Assembly: GCF_006345805.1 (NCBI RefSeq)
Contig: NC_043017.1
Span: forward strand, 18,042,001-18,106,000
Reading direction: 5' to 3'
From: Octopus sinensis
Lineage: Eukaryota
DNA: 64,000 nt
Part shown: one piece after another, positions 48,430-60,844 of the stretch
How positions within the stretch are numbered: the stretch's first letter is position 1
Layout of the letters: each line of letters opens with the position of its first letter
Program-made: the position numbers and the translations under genes
Notes under the pieces: generated by a model
What the model was told of the DNA's origin: nothing
Database searches by the model: none
Seen by the model: only the letters and a program-made list of their open reading frames with translations

Positions 48430-49590
48430 GTGACTCAACAGATTTCCATTGTGGTACTAGTACAGGAAGTGGGTAGATTTGGCTTTTGACAGGGTGTCAT
48501 GCCCTGCTAATGTGGTGGGCACTAAGAAAGTAGGTGTAGATGAATGGCTTGTGAGGGTTGTACAAGCTATGTACAATGATGTAGTAAGTAAAGTGAGTCA
48601 GTACTGAGTTCAGTATTGTATTTAGCGTGAAGTTAGGTATTCATCAAGGGTCAATCCTAATCTCTCTTATTCATCAGGTCATGACAGAGGAATTTAAGAT
48701 TGGCTGTTCATGAGAACTCCTATATGACACTGATCTAGCTGAAAATGTAGAATCAGAGGAGAAATTCTAGATATGGAAGCTAAACCTAGAATTGAGAGGT
48801 TTCGAGGTTAACGCGGGAGAGAGTTTAGGACTCCAGTACTATCAAGGAAAGGGCTTTGATTGTCATGCAGAAAAGGAGTGGGTAAAAACAACATATGCTA
48901 CACCCACTCTCAACTCTGGACCAAGAAAAGATGTAGAATCACTGGCATTAACAGTGAAGGCACTGGAGCATGATGCACTTAGAACCCATGGAAGTAGAAT
49001 TTCTTACATGCCCAGTTGACTTGCTTGAAATAATGGACAATTTCTGTTCCCTAGGAGGCATAAGTAGCAGAGAGTTGGTTGCTCAAATTATAGTTGCCAG
49101 TTTAGAACATCATCATCATCATCGTTTAGCGTCCGCTTTCCATGCTGGCATGGGTTGGACGGTGCAACTGGGGTCTGGGAAGCCACAAGGCTGCACCAGG
49201 CCCAGTCTGATCTGGCAATGTTTCTACGGCTGGATGCCCTTCCTAACGCCAACCACTCCGTGAGTGTAGTGGGTGCTTTTTACATGCCACCGGCAAACAG
49301 GTTGGAAAAAATTCATGCTGCTGGTTCCTTTGTTAACAACAAATGTTTTCTTCCTTGGAGTGCAGGCAAATTTTATATGCATGTGTTAAAACTACTGTGC
49401 TGGATGGTGATGAGACATGGGCCCTGAATGCAGGAGATTTGCAAAGGCTAGAAAGTGAGGAAGCAAGCAAGCTCTTGTATACGTGTAATGTTAGTATGCA
49501 TATATCACAGAGTACAGATGAACTGAAGAGGAATCAGACTGTACAAGAGAGAAAGGTGTGTTAGTTTGGGTGTGTGATATGTGGTGCTGC
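48430..49590 (+). mobile_element. Degenerate RTE LINE, split by a SINE at ~49108-49295
   Basis: AFDRV..W....VGV.EWLVRVVQAMY, G.HQGS.LS, YACVKTTVLDG.ETWAL remnants. Confidence 0.7.
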
Positions 49591-50559
49591 AAAAGGCTTA
49601 ATTTCCATGGCATAACATATCCTGATACGAGGATAAGATTTACAATTTGAAGTTCTTTGTTGCTTTTATGGTTTGGATATTTCTAACTACGACTATCTAA
49701 TAGGAAGATATGGGATATGTATAAAAGCATTAAAGCTTATGTGAAATACCGAAACGAAAATCAAGTGACAGCTCATAATTTCATAACGAGAACACGAAGA
49801 GACAACAAATTCTATCAAAATTAACAGAATTTTCTCATTATATCGCGTCCACACACATCTACTTTTATAACATATATGGACTCTAATCGCGCGGGAGCCC
49901 ACTTGTCTTCGAGCAAGCTAGCAACCTGGCCGGTCTGCCAGTGTTTATATATGTGTGTGAGGGTGTGTCTGTGTGTGTACCCCCCCCCCCATCGATTGAC
50001 AATCGATGTTGTTCTATTTGCATGCCCATAACTTACACGTTTGACAAAACACACCGATAGAATAAGTACTAGGCTTACAAAGAATAAATCCAGGGATCGA
50101 TTTCTTCGACTAAAGGTGGTGCTCCAGAATGACCGCAGTCACTTGTCCGAAACAAGGAAAATAATAATAAAAAAAAACTGTGCCATTTTAATCCTGAACA
50201 ACACCAGGTATCTCTGCTAGTATAAAATAAACTCGTTCTATGCATTAACTACGTTACATTAATTCTTTCCATCAGGTTATCAGATGTCACTGTCTTCACG
50301 TCCGTCCAATTATGGCCCTAAAGGATTTCGGCATCTTAGAAGTATTTAATTAGAAACCACACTAAAAAAGAGAAAAACTAAAACAAAAAAGGATTATACG
50401 GAAAAATGGTGTAAAAGATTTAAATTTAATATTCAACGAAGTAATTGTTTATAAACACGCGTTTGCTAGGCAGGGAAGTATTTGTGACAATGAAGCGACA
50501 GCAAATAGATCGTACATTTTCTAAATTTCTGCTCATTCATTCGAATGAACAAAAATTTT

Positions 50560-51356
50560 GGCGATTTTATGGTATAAGTACCGATGTACCGGATACATTA
50601 AAAAAAAGTGTTTGTTTTTTTTATATATGGGGGGTTAGGGTTAAGGTTTGTGTTAGAGTTGGGTTATGGGTGGGGAAAAAGGGTTGGTAAAAGGGTTTCT
50701 GTTACCTTGAGATAGGTAAACAATGTCACGTGTGTACATATACCGAAGCATCGCCACATACCTTAACCCTAACGCAAACCACACCCCATATCTATATATA
50801 TAAAACTTCGATTTAGATTCCTAACTCCTCCCACATTTTGCGGTGCAGTTTAACCAAATTATCTTATAGTCGTGATTAATATCGAGCCCGTCTGAGTATT
50901 AGCGCGCGTCTACGATGAGTCTACGATTTTAAAAATAATTTAACATCATTTTTTATTCCATTTTAATGCATAATTTTTCGTGTGTCGATGGCGGCGGAGT
51001 TGGCGTCCATGCTCAAACACCTGCACCTGTGTTTGCTTCTCCCCCTTCTTCCCTCCCTCGTGAAGCTGTGGGGAAGGCAGTGTAAGGAAATCAACGTCGT
51101 AAAGCGTTGTCAAGGAGACCAGCGTTCTTTTAGAACAACGACTTCATGGCTTGAAGACACCAAAGCAGAAATGGCTAAGAAAGCCCGAATTGGCATCTAT
51201 AAGAGAATTAACTCTCTAAAAATGCTTATATAGTTATTTCCCTTACAAACCCGAGCAACGCCGGGCGATACTGCTAGTATATATATAAAAAAACACTTTT
51301 TTGAAATGTATCTGGTACTTTGGGAAGTACACCGGTACTTATACCGTAACATCGCC
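50560..51356. mobile_element. GGCGA-terminal MITE (Merlin-like) with degenerate telomere-like repeats, hosting a Helitron
   Basis: ggcgattttatggtataagtaccg... versus ...ccggtacttataccgtaacatcgcc; flanks AAAATTTT / AACATTTT. Confidence 0.72.
50791..51277 (+). mobile_element. Non-autonomous Helitron
   Basis: A|TC start, CTAG|T end, GC hairpin cccg-agcaacgc-cggg at 51250-51265, no TSD. Confidence 0.85.
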
Positions 51357-51400
51357 AACATTTTAAGTTACCTAAATATTTTCGTTTTTTTTTTTTTTAT

Positions 51401-51921
51401 ATTCGGTACTTCACGGAACTCTCGTTTATTTTTATATATTTCCCAAAATTAGTTGTGCTCCTTGGACGTAGCTAGACATCTTGCCACATGACCAAAACTA
51501 ACCAATGAACATCCAACATTGTTTCCCCCCACTCCTTCCATTCATTCCTCAGTAAGCCACGAAGGGAAAGGCTTATGTAATACAATTCCTCTGCTGTTTC
51601 CAAGATACTGTTGGTTTCAATGTTTTGTGAACCCAATTCCATACACAACGTACACCAGCAACAGTTACACACGGCAATCTACAACATTCCTTAACTAACA
51701 CTTGGAAGCCAACAACCGACGAAGACCAAGCTACTATCTGCCAATTCAACATAGTTATTATTATATGAGGTATTTTTTTAAATGTTTATTTTATTTAATT
51801 CATCCGTCTTTTCTTCGAAAATCGATAGAACAACCTACTTGTTATAGATCTGTTGAATGACGGCTAATCTGGGACTAAATAACGAGCCCCTGCTACAAAT
51901 AGTAACTAATTTTGGCACTAA
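51401..51921 (+). promoter_or_regulatory. Recent copy of the ZNF-B promoter/first-exon module, upstream of the Merlin ORF and ZNF-C
   Basis: Near-identical to 44480-45024 apart from a ~22-24-bp deletion between acgtaca repeats; donor retained at 51769/51770. Confidence 0.6.
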
Positions 51922-51922
51922 G

Positions 51923-52175
51923 GGATCTTTTCCTTTTGAACGGCAGTTTTCAACACAATTTCTAGTTAACTTAACTCTTTTAAACTTCGTATACTGGTAG
52001 AATGAGTCAAAATAAAACATTTTTTTCTCTTGGCTTTCTTGAGAAAATTGTAATTTGTAAGTTTAATTTTTCAAATTTTAACCAATCCTATGGCTTCTAT
52101 TGAGCTGAAATCATATGCTGCGTCTAAAACTGAGACAACATCTTGTCACTAACTTTAACCCTCACCCTAAATTTT
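51923..52175. mobile_element. GGATC-family MITE, truncated copy
   Basis: Left TIR and core match 31687-31930; it terminates the duplicated promoter module. Confidence 0.8.
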
Positions 52176-53749
52176 AGCCTGCAGTCAAATGGCTGAAACA
52201 ACAGAATAAAAGAACGTCCACTATATTTATGTTGACTTTTGTCCCTTCACTATTTATCTTCCTCTTTTTATTTCCTTTTTTAAATATCCCTAAATTGAAC
52301 AACGACCCAGATTTGAACTGTTTTTATTTTAAAATCATGACCTTGAAAAAAAGGCGGGTTTGGCGCCCAGCCACCACCACCACCCACTTCCGAAAGCGAC
52401 CCCCACCCCTTTTTTTTTCATCGGATTTTTATGTTTTTGATGACGAATATGGTCAAAAACACGTTTCCAAAATTTTTAATTTCAAATATTTTATGAAAAA
52501 CTCCGAAATTGATCAACAACCCCCCCTCCTCACCCCATCCTGCTGCGTGGATTTATATTGAAACAGCAACAGGATCACGGCATGTGAAGCCCTCACTACG
52601 AAACTCTGTATGCTAAAAATAACAGCTAAGTGTGTTGAGAAGTTTTGTGTTTGTGTGTGTGTGCGCACAACAATTTCCGAATGAACAGAGAAAGAAGTAC
52701 ACAGAAATCTATTTTACATACCTGTCGTATACGTCGGTTGTTGTTTTTTGCTTTAAAGGTAAATGATTCTGATAGATGCAATTACCTGGGTGTCCATTCG
52801 TTAGAGTAATCCCAATAAAATACTACAAATTTAGTCACTGGCTCAGCACCTATGTTTGTGGTCTTCCTTCCAAAATAATAAAAACTTTAACATACTTCCA
52901 AAATGGGACGTCATCCATGTGTATCCGCGTGTCTAAGTGTGTGTGTGGGGGGGAGTGGTGTTGGTGTGCAAGAAAAACATCACACATCTGAATTTCTTTT
53001 TAAATTGTGATAATGAAATAGGGGGTTTGATCGTCACCACCAAAATTCCCCTTGTGTTTTCTCTCTTTTGCACTATTCAATTAAAAAAGAATATGTTATC
53101 AACAAGTTAAAACTTTATCGATCTGTCATTGAACCAGGATTTTAATTTCATTTGACAAACGCTTTGCTATCAATAATATGGAGAATTGCAAACATGGCAT
53201 ATAAAGATAACTTATTTTAATAGAAATTTTACAAGTACATTTCTGTAAATGTTTTTGTTGATTCCCACACACACATACACACCTGCCCGCAGATACACAT
53301 GGATGAAGTCCCATGCTGGAAGTATTTTATTTATTTCAGTCATTTGACTGGAGCCCTGCCTGTAGTCAAACAAATTGACCCCCAAGACTTATTCTTTGTA
53401 AGCCCAGTACTTATTCTATCAACCTTTTTACTGAACTGCTAATTACAGAGACATGAACACACTAACATCGGGTGTCTGGTGATGGCAGGGGTACAAACAC
53501 ACACGCACATATACGACGGGCTTCTTTCAGTTTCTGTCTACCAAATCCACTCACAAGGCCTTGGTTGGCTGGGGGCTATAGTGGAAGATACTTGCCCATG
53601 TTGCCATTCAGTGGGACTGAAACCAGAACCATGTGGGTGGGACGCAAGGTTTTTACCACACAGCCACTCCTACATGTTAAAGTTTTAGACACTGGGATGG
53701 GGTGGCAAGGTGGGTGTTGATCAGTTTTGGAGTTTTTCATAAAAAATTT

Positions 53750-54420
53750 GAAATTAGAATGTTTTTTTTTGCCCCATATTCTCAATCTCTATATTTTTCC
53801 ATGTAGATTGAGAAAAAGAATTTCGGGAAAATGTTAAAAATTTTGCAAACGTGGTTTTTTTGCATGTTCGGAATCTCCGTCATCTAAAACAGGAATCTGG
53901 TTAAAAAAAAAAAGAAAGAATATTTTGGTGACCGGGAGCTAAACTAGATCCTGAAAATTAAGAAGGGGAGAAAAACTAGATCATGGGAACTTTCATACAG
54001 TCCTCTCCCCACCCCATCGGAAAACACATTCCCCACAAATTTCTTTATAATTGTAATTTATGTTGTTTGAAAGGTGCTTCTGTAAAATTTCACTAAAAGA
54101 TATCCATTTTCCTGAAAGTTCTGAGGGGAAAGAACAGATTGTGTGAATTTTCTGAGTCCTTCCCACCTTTCAGAAAAAATTTCCTCAGAAATGTCTTTAT
54201 AATCATAATTTGTGCCATTTGAATGGTATTTCGATAAAATTTCATCAATATATATCCATTTTCCTGAAAGCTATGAGGGGAAAATTGGATCTTGTGAATT
54301 TTCTGAAAGCCCTCTCCCCACCACCCTATGTTTGTGCAAATTTTTTCTTTCATATTTGTTTTCTACACAGTTGTTAATACCTAGCAGGCTGGTACTTTTT
54401 TGTTTTCGTTAACAGGTCTC
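53750..54420. repeat. Diverged relatives of the 32356-34283 TIR subrepeat (also ~44060-44420)
   Basis: gtgaatttt.cgaaagccc.ctcc.cacc...ttttttcatatt.gtttt motif shared with the long-TIR element. Confidence 0.55.
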
Positions 54421-55044
54421 AAATTCACAATTCTGTGAAAATTCCCCACCCGAAAAAAAAAAAAAAGTTGAGGTGTTATATATATTGTGTTTGGATCAGA
54501 ATTCTGCCTATTAGACAATGTGAAAGGGTTATCTTTCAGACAAAGTTTATCGAAACTAAAAGTGTTTGTTCAGTTTCCATAAAGATTTTTTATTTCCTTA
54601 AACCACCCCCTTTTTTTTCCAGGTGAATCGCATATGTTTGTGTATTTTTTGTGTATGTATGTATGTGTTCTATGTCCATGTGCATAAACATATATTTACG
54701 CAAGTATGCACACATACACACATAAACATAAGTGATTCAGTTGGGTAAAAAATTTAAGACAGACTTTTCCCAAAAGATATCCATGTTGTTAGTGTTATAG
54801 CTTCCGTGAACTTATTACTAATGTCATTGAGCTGGCTTAGTATGTAGCAGGGATATGCTGCCTGAATAAAATAAATTGATAGCAACATTTTCCTTTTATC
54901 GCAAAATATGCATCTAATTCCATAAAATTATGAAGGTTACTCTGATTGCTATGTATAAAATGCAAAATTAAAAATTTTTTTGTAGATTAGGTAGGCATAA
55001 TTTTCCCCTGTTTTTCAATCTCAGTATTTAAGCTACACATAGTG

Positions 55045-55360
55045 CTGGTGGCATGTAACAAACACCATCCGATCGTGGCTGTGCCAGCCTCGCCTGGCTT
55101 CCGTGCCGGTAGCACGTAAAAAACACCATCCGAGCGTGGCCGTTCGCTAGCCTCGTCTGGCACCTGTGTCGGTGGCACATAAAAAGCACCCACTACACTC
55201 ACGGAGTGGTTGGCGTTAGGAAGGGCATCCAGCTGTAGAAACACTGCCAGATAAGACTGGCTTGGTGCAGCCTTCGGGCTTCCCAGACCCCAGTTGAACT
55301 GTCCAACCCATGCTAGCATGGAAAGCGGACGTTAAACGATGATGATGATGATGATGATGA
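55045..55360 (-). mobile_element. Short retroelement family C with ~3 tandem units
   Basis: Same consensus, (GAT)n end. Confidence 0.85.
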
Positions 55361-55918
55361 TAGTACTGCTGTAGTATATGTGCTGCATACATTCCTACAA
55401 TACCGTTTTCTGTACGTACTATAAAAGCAGAAGTAAATCTGCCTTCAACTCAGTCATGCGCCTGTGTTTCGCTTATTTTTTAATGTTTTACTATATAAAG
55501 GCAGCCAACTGAGTAATTACTGATCACATGTGCCTGGTGTGTAGTCATTATTATTTATTGCTATGAAATTTCTGCTATTGAATTTCTCTTGCCTACTCTT
55601 TATATCTTCCACTTTTTCTCTCTTTCAGAAAACCAGATTATGTTGGCATAAACATCATTTTCAGAGGATAAAGGACATATAGTAAAAGAATATAAAATCT
55701 TTTCTGTTTCTGTTGCAGTTTTCTATTGTTCCGAACTGTATTCTGCTTAAAACTACTACCACACTTGTCTGTTTTCTTTGACGAGTTCCTATTTTCTGAG
55801 CATTATTTTCATCTCAGCGGTTTTTTTTTTTGTGAAACTCATATTTTTGGTTGCTGTCCTGTCACTACCTCATTTTGAACTGTGTGTTTTCCTGGATCTT
55901 TTCAAACTAAATAGAAGT

Positions 55919-56809
55919 ATGGCCACAGCCAACTCTCACCTTTCAAGTCTGATGGAGAAATTGAAAACTGAGGAGGATGTGGTTTCTTATTTACAAGAAA
56001 AGGGTATTATCCCTAAAAGGAAATTATGTGCAAACAAACACTATATGAAGAAAAGGATGCGTGATGGAACGATTTGTTGGCGATGCTCCCACAAAGCATG
56101 CGGTGTGCGTATTTCTGTCCGAAGAGGAACATGGTTGGAAGGTAGCACTCTTCCTCTTAAAACTGTAGTGCTTTTCCTTTACGCATGGTCCAAGGAATTG
56201 ACTTCAATCCGTTTTTGTATTGAAGAACTCGGGATCAACCACGGCACAGCTGTTGATTACAACAGCTACGTTCGTGAAATATGTGCAGAGGACTTGCTCC
56301 GCCACCCAGTTCAGATAGGTGGTCCTGGGAAGACTGTTGACTTAGACGAAATAGTCTTCTCAAGAAGTAAACCTAACCGAAGAAGTTTGCTACCTGAGCA
56401 GTGGGTGTTTGGAGGAGTGTGTCGCGAGACCAAGGATGTTTTCCTTTACGCGGCATCATGTCTGAATCGCGACACACTAGAGGAATGCATACGTCAGTCG
56501 GTTCTTCCAGGAACCACAATTTTCAGCGACATTTGGGAGTCCTATTCTCCCATTCTTAAAATTGATGGTTACGAGTTGCGTTATAGAACAGTGAACCACA
56601 GTGTGGAATTTGTTAACTCAGAAGGTGGTATCTACATGAAACTAGTGGAAAACACAGGGATCCCTTTAAAACGACGGAGAAAACAACGTTGTGGGACCGA
56701 AAGTTCTACCATTGACTTGTATCTCTGTGAGAGTATGTGGCGCAAGAGATATAAGAATTGTAATTTGTTTGAGAAACTCCTTGAGTGTATTTTAAGCTTT
56801 TGTTTTTGA
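55919..56809 (+). CDS. Merlin/IS1595 (ISXO2-like) DDE transposase-derived ORF, 296 aa, uninterrupted
   Basis: GGPGKTVDLDE (D143), QWVFGG, LPGTTIFSDIWESY (D204), TVNHS, E244, YLCESMWR; N-terminal C/H-rich ribbon with SVRRGTWL. ATG at 55919 follows a pyrimidine tract and AG. No TIR or TSD seen. Confidence 0.88.
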   Translation: MATANSHLSSLMEKLKTEEDVVSYLQEKGIIPKRKLCANKHYMKKRMRDGTICWRCSHKACGVRISVRRGTWLEGSTLPLKTVVLFLYAWSKELTSIRFCIEELGINHGTAVDYNSYVREICAEDLLRHPVQIGGPGKTVDLDEIVFSRSKPNRRSLLPEQWVFGGVCRETKDVFLYAASCLNRDTLEECIRQSVLPGTTIFSDIWESYSPILKIDGYELRYRTVNHSVEFVNSEGGIYMKLVENTGIPLKRRRKQRCGTESSTIDLYLCESMWRKRYKNCNLFEKLLECILSFCF

Positions 56810-56859
56810 ATTTTCTCAATAAAAATGTATTGCTTTTTTTTGTTTGTTTTTTAATTTAA

Positions 56860-57860
56860 TTTTTGACAAAAGAACTTGGCAGGTGTAAAGCCTTTGCACT
56901 CTTTCGCATTTTTTCAAAAATTTGTTTGGATTCCTGTTTTTGATATAGGAGATTATGATTTTGCCCAAAAAAAAAACATTTTCAAAATTTATTTCCCCCT
57001 TCCCTACCCCAATTAAATTTTTTTTTTTATTCAGTGTAGAAAAATACAGAGATGATACATACACACTGGGTAAAACATGGATTATGTTATTTCTTGCTAT
57101 TTGCATGCGGAAAACTACAGCTCAACTCCAATTGAAACCAACTTTTTTCTGATTAGCGTATTTAAAAATCTGATCTTCAATATGAACTCAAAATGAACTT
57201 TTTTAAGAAATTATGTCATTTAGCTGTTATTTCTAGCATGTCAGGTTTTTCTGCTAATGATTTGATACTTTTATTCCATTGTTTTAGTAGAAATCTACGC
57301 GGTGCCCCAGCATGGCCACAGCTCATTAGCTGAAACTGGAAAAATCAAAATCAATCAAAAATGGGTAAAACATGAAGTTGTTAGCTGAAAGCTGGGAAGT
57401 GGAGGAGGGGAGGGAAATTGAGTGTTTTTTAAGAAAAATCAAAATTTAATTAAAAAAATTTCTTTTGCCAGTTTGTAATCTCTGTATTTTTCTGTGTGGA
57501 TTAAAAAATTGAGATGGGGAGGGGGAAATTAATATTTTGAAAATGTGTTTTTTTGGCAGAATCATAATCTCTGAAATCAAAAACAGGAATCCAAAGAAAT
57601 TTTTGAAAAATAAAAAATAAACAGAAGTGGGTAGAGATGCAAACACTTCTGCTTATTTTTTCTTTTTCAAAAATTTCTTTGGATTCCTGTTTAGGGTAGG
57701 GATGCAAACACTTTACTTCTGCCAAAAATTTAATTTGGGATTTTCCCTTTCTAAATTGCTTATATTCCTATTTGAAAATTCTACCCTAACCTTAACTCTA
57801 CACCCCCAACTCTAAATTTTAATTCTTACCCTAAGCTCCAACCCCAACCTTAGCATATAG
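56860..57860. repeat. Old diverged inverted/tandem repeat block with degenerate CCCTAA-like repeats
   Basis: ~56905-57060 is inverted at ~57480-57610; aaccct/accctaa units at 57780-57850. Confidence 0.6.
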
Positions 57861-58279
57861 TTTGTTTGTTTGGTAATATTTTTCAAAACAATTTTATTCT
57901 CAACTTTTTTTCCTTTTTAAATTCTTTACATGCTTGTTTCACCATTTTACATTAAATGTTCATTAAATATTATTAAAACTTCAGAACTTCTTATAATGTA
58001 TGCCATCATAATGTTTTGCTTTCATTTTATTTAATGAAATTTTATGGTTATAATATTTTTACTTTCATTCTGTGATAGCCTCTCATGCCAAAGATGCCAA
58101 CCTTCAGATCCTATTTTCTGGTTGGATAAAAATTATCAAACTTTAAACCTATGTAACATTTTTCAAAAAAAAAAATGTTGGAATAGTGAATAAGAGAATC
58201 AGATTCAGCATGAAAAATTATATCAATATACCAAATTTGAAAATTTTCTCTTAATTTGAAAATTTCAATAATTGCAACA

Positions 58280-59040
58280 GCAATAGAAATGACCTGGTAT
58301 CTATAAATCTATGGTTGAATGCATTCAGAATGAGCTTGAATTAATTTTCAAAGAAATATCCAAAATCTTCAGATTAGAACAAAGACCTCATTGATAGAAA
58401 TAAAACTGTAGAAATACTTGTTAAGTATGATGTATACATGTTACAGTGAGAAAAGTAATATCAACGAAATTGTGTGAAGAGGCAAAAGCAAAACTGCCTA
58501 AAAGGATTGATTTTCCTGAAGACCATCATATTACTGTGATATCTGTAGCAGATCTTTTTATAATAAATATACCTTAATTACTCACAAAGGCAGCCTCGCA
58601 GGAGAAAAGCCACACCGCTGATATTTGCGATAAATCCTTCTCTCCTTCCTAGATGTAATTTAACCACTCAAAGACACATTCAAATATGAGAGAAGTCCAT
58701 GACAGCAGTGTGCATAACATATCTATGTGATATCTATGGCAAATCATTCTCTGGAAACAGACTTGACTAGATACAAATACATTCATTCAGGAGAGAAATC
58801 ATGTCACTTTGTTATCTGTGGTATATCGTTCTCTAGAAGTAGGAAATTAACTAAACACAGTTAAACAGGCCAGAATATTGGGTACTATTTTCCTGGCACC
58901 AGCACTAGTGAGGTTGCCATGTGATATTTGTGGCAAATCATTCTCTAGGAGTTATTTAACAGAACATCAATGCTTTCACACCAGAGAAAAGCTACTTCTA
59001 TTTGATATCTGCATTAAATTATTCTCTCACAGCTATTCAC
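58280..59040 (+). pseudogene. Decayed C2H2 zinc-finger paralogue C (remainder of exon 2)
   Basis: YCDICSRSFYNKYTLITHK...[28 protein letters not shown] and other fingers with stops and frameshifts. Upstream 58290-58530 aligns by eye with the exon-2 leader of A and B. Confidence 0.85.
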
Positions 59041-60224
59041 AAACTGAAACGGATGCAGTGGAATTGTGCTTATCACCAGGATAATGAAGTGCACAGAAAA
59101 ACCGCTAAGTGAAGGGGACGTAAACACCAGCATCGGTGGTCAAGCAATAGTAGGGGGACAAACACAGACACACATACATATATACGACAGGCTTCTTTCA
59201 GTTTCCGTCTACCAAATCCACTCACAAGGCATTGGTCGGCCCGGGGCTATAGCAGAAGACACTTGCCCAAGGTGCCACGCAGTGGGACCGAACCTGGAAC
59301 CATGTGGTTGGTAAACAAGCTACTTACCACATAGCCACTCCTGCACCTATATTATATAACTTCTTTTTTTTTAATCTTTGTACATATTTCAGTCATTGGT
59401 CTGCTGCCATGCTGGAGCACCACCCTGAAGAGTTTCATCAAACAAATTTACACCAGCACTTATTCTGTCAGTGTCTTTTACCTCACTGCTAAGTGATAGG
59501 AATGTACATAAACCAACACTGGTCGTCAGGTAGTGGTGGGTGACAACCACATATATATATAGATAATGGGCTTCTTTCTGTTACTGCATATCAAATCCAC
59601 TGACAAGGCTTTGCTTGGCCCAAGGCTTATTGTAGCGGACACTTCTACTATAGTGGAAGAACTGAAAACCATGGTTGGAAAGCAAACTTCCTACCACACA
59701 GATGTAGATAGATATACAGCCAGCATCTGTATATATTTTTGTACACCTGTATATCTATGCACTGACCATGTCCATGACAAAAATCACAGACTACAGCATA
59801 CATGTGATCACAAAAACACAAATTTCACAACCTGCAAAGTAAACCCAATGATATCATATGGCACATTACCTCATGAAGGTCACTGCTAGCTCTCACTGTG
59901 CGCACAACCGTATGCTGCTATCTTGTATATATACTGAGATACGTGGCACCTTGCTGTCCTCAAGAAGACCTGTCCTATATGGCAGAAGTGTTAAGGTTGC
60001 TCTCTCTGGTGAGGAGGATTGGCCTACAAGGGTTCTGTGCCAGTGCCACAAGGGTCCTGTAATAGCACTCGTGCAGTATCATGTTAAAAGCACCCAGCGC
60101 ACACTGTAAACCAAGCCAAATCAGACTGGATACTGGTGCAGCTCTCTGGCTTACCAGCTCCAGCCAAACCATCCAACCTATGCCAGCATGGAAACATTAA
60201 AGGATGATATCTCTTTACTCTCTC

Positions 60225-60580
60225 TCTTTTACTTGTTTCAGTCATTTGACTGTGGCCATGCTGGAGCACCACCTTTTAGTCAAGCAAATCGACCCCAGGA
60301 CTTATTCTTTGTAAGCCTAGTACTTTTTCTATCGGTCTCTTTTGCCGCTAAGTCACGGGGACGTAAACACAACAGCATCGGTTGTCAAGCGATGTTGGGG
60401 GGACAAACACGCACACACATATATATACGACAGGCTTCTTTCAGTTTCCGTCTACCAAATCCACTCGCAAGGCTTTGGTCGGGCCGAGGTTATAGTAGAA
60501 GACACCCAAGATGCCACGTAGTGGGAATGAACCCGGAATCATGTGGTTGGTAAGCAAGCTACTTACCACACAGCCACATA
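60225..60580 (-). mobile_element. tRNA-derived SINE family D
   Basis: Head gtggctgtgtggtaagtagcttgcttaccaaccacatg..ttccgggttc. Other copies or fragments at ~14985-15120, 25143-25280, 25490-25660, 26790-26915, 28340-28590, 43660-43778, 49960-50155, 53335-53672, 59095-59350, 59385-59700 and 60590-60844 + 61226-61310. Confidence 0.85.
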
Positions 60581-60844
60581 TCTTTTACCTTTATTTGTTT
60601 CAGTCATTTGATTCAATCGCAGTGCTTATGTTTTTAAAACCTGATACTTATTCTATCTGTTTCTTTTGCTGAACCACCAAGTTACAGGGATGTAAACACA
60701 CCAACACCCATCGTCAAGTGGTGGTGGGAACAAACACAAATGCAAAGACACACAGCTACACAGATGTACAATAGGCTGCTTTTAGTTTCCATCTACTAAT
60801 TCCACTAACAAAGCTTTGGTAGGCCCAATACTATAACAAATGAC

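Noticed and set aside
55778-55918. 47-aa hydrophobic N-terminal extension of the transposase ORF (apparent signal or TM segment)
   Set aside because: It starts at TTG and reads through T-rich, intron-like sequence. Transposase homology begins at ATG 55919.
55919-56809. Bacterial IS1595 contamination or recent horizontal transfer
   Set aside because: It is embedded in host-type repeats and a ZNF paralogue, and its motifs fit eukaryotic Merlin. There is no prokaryotic context.
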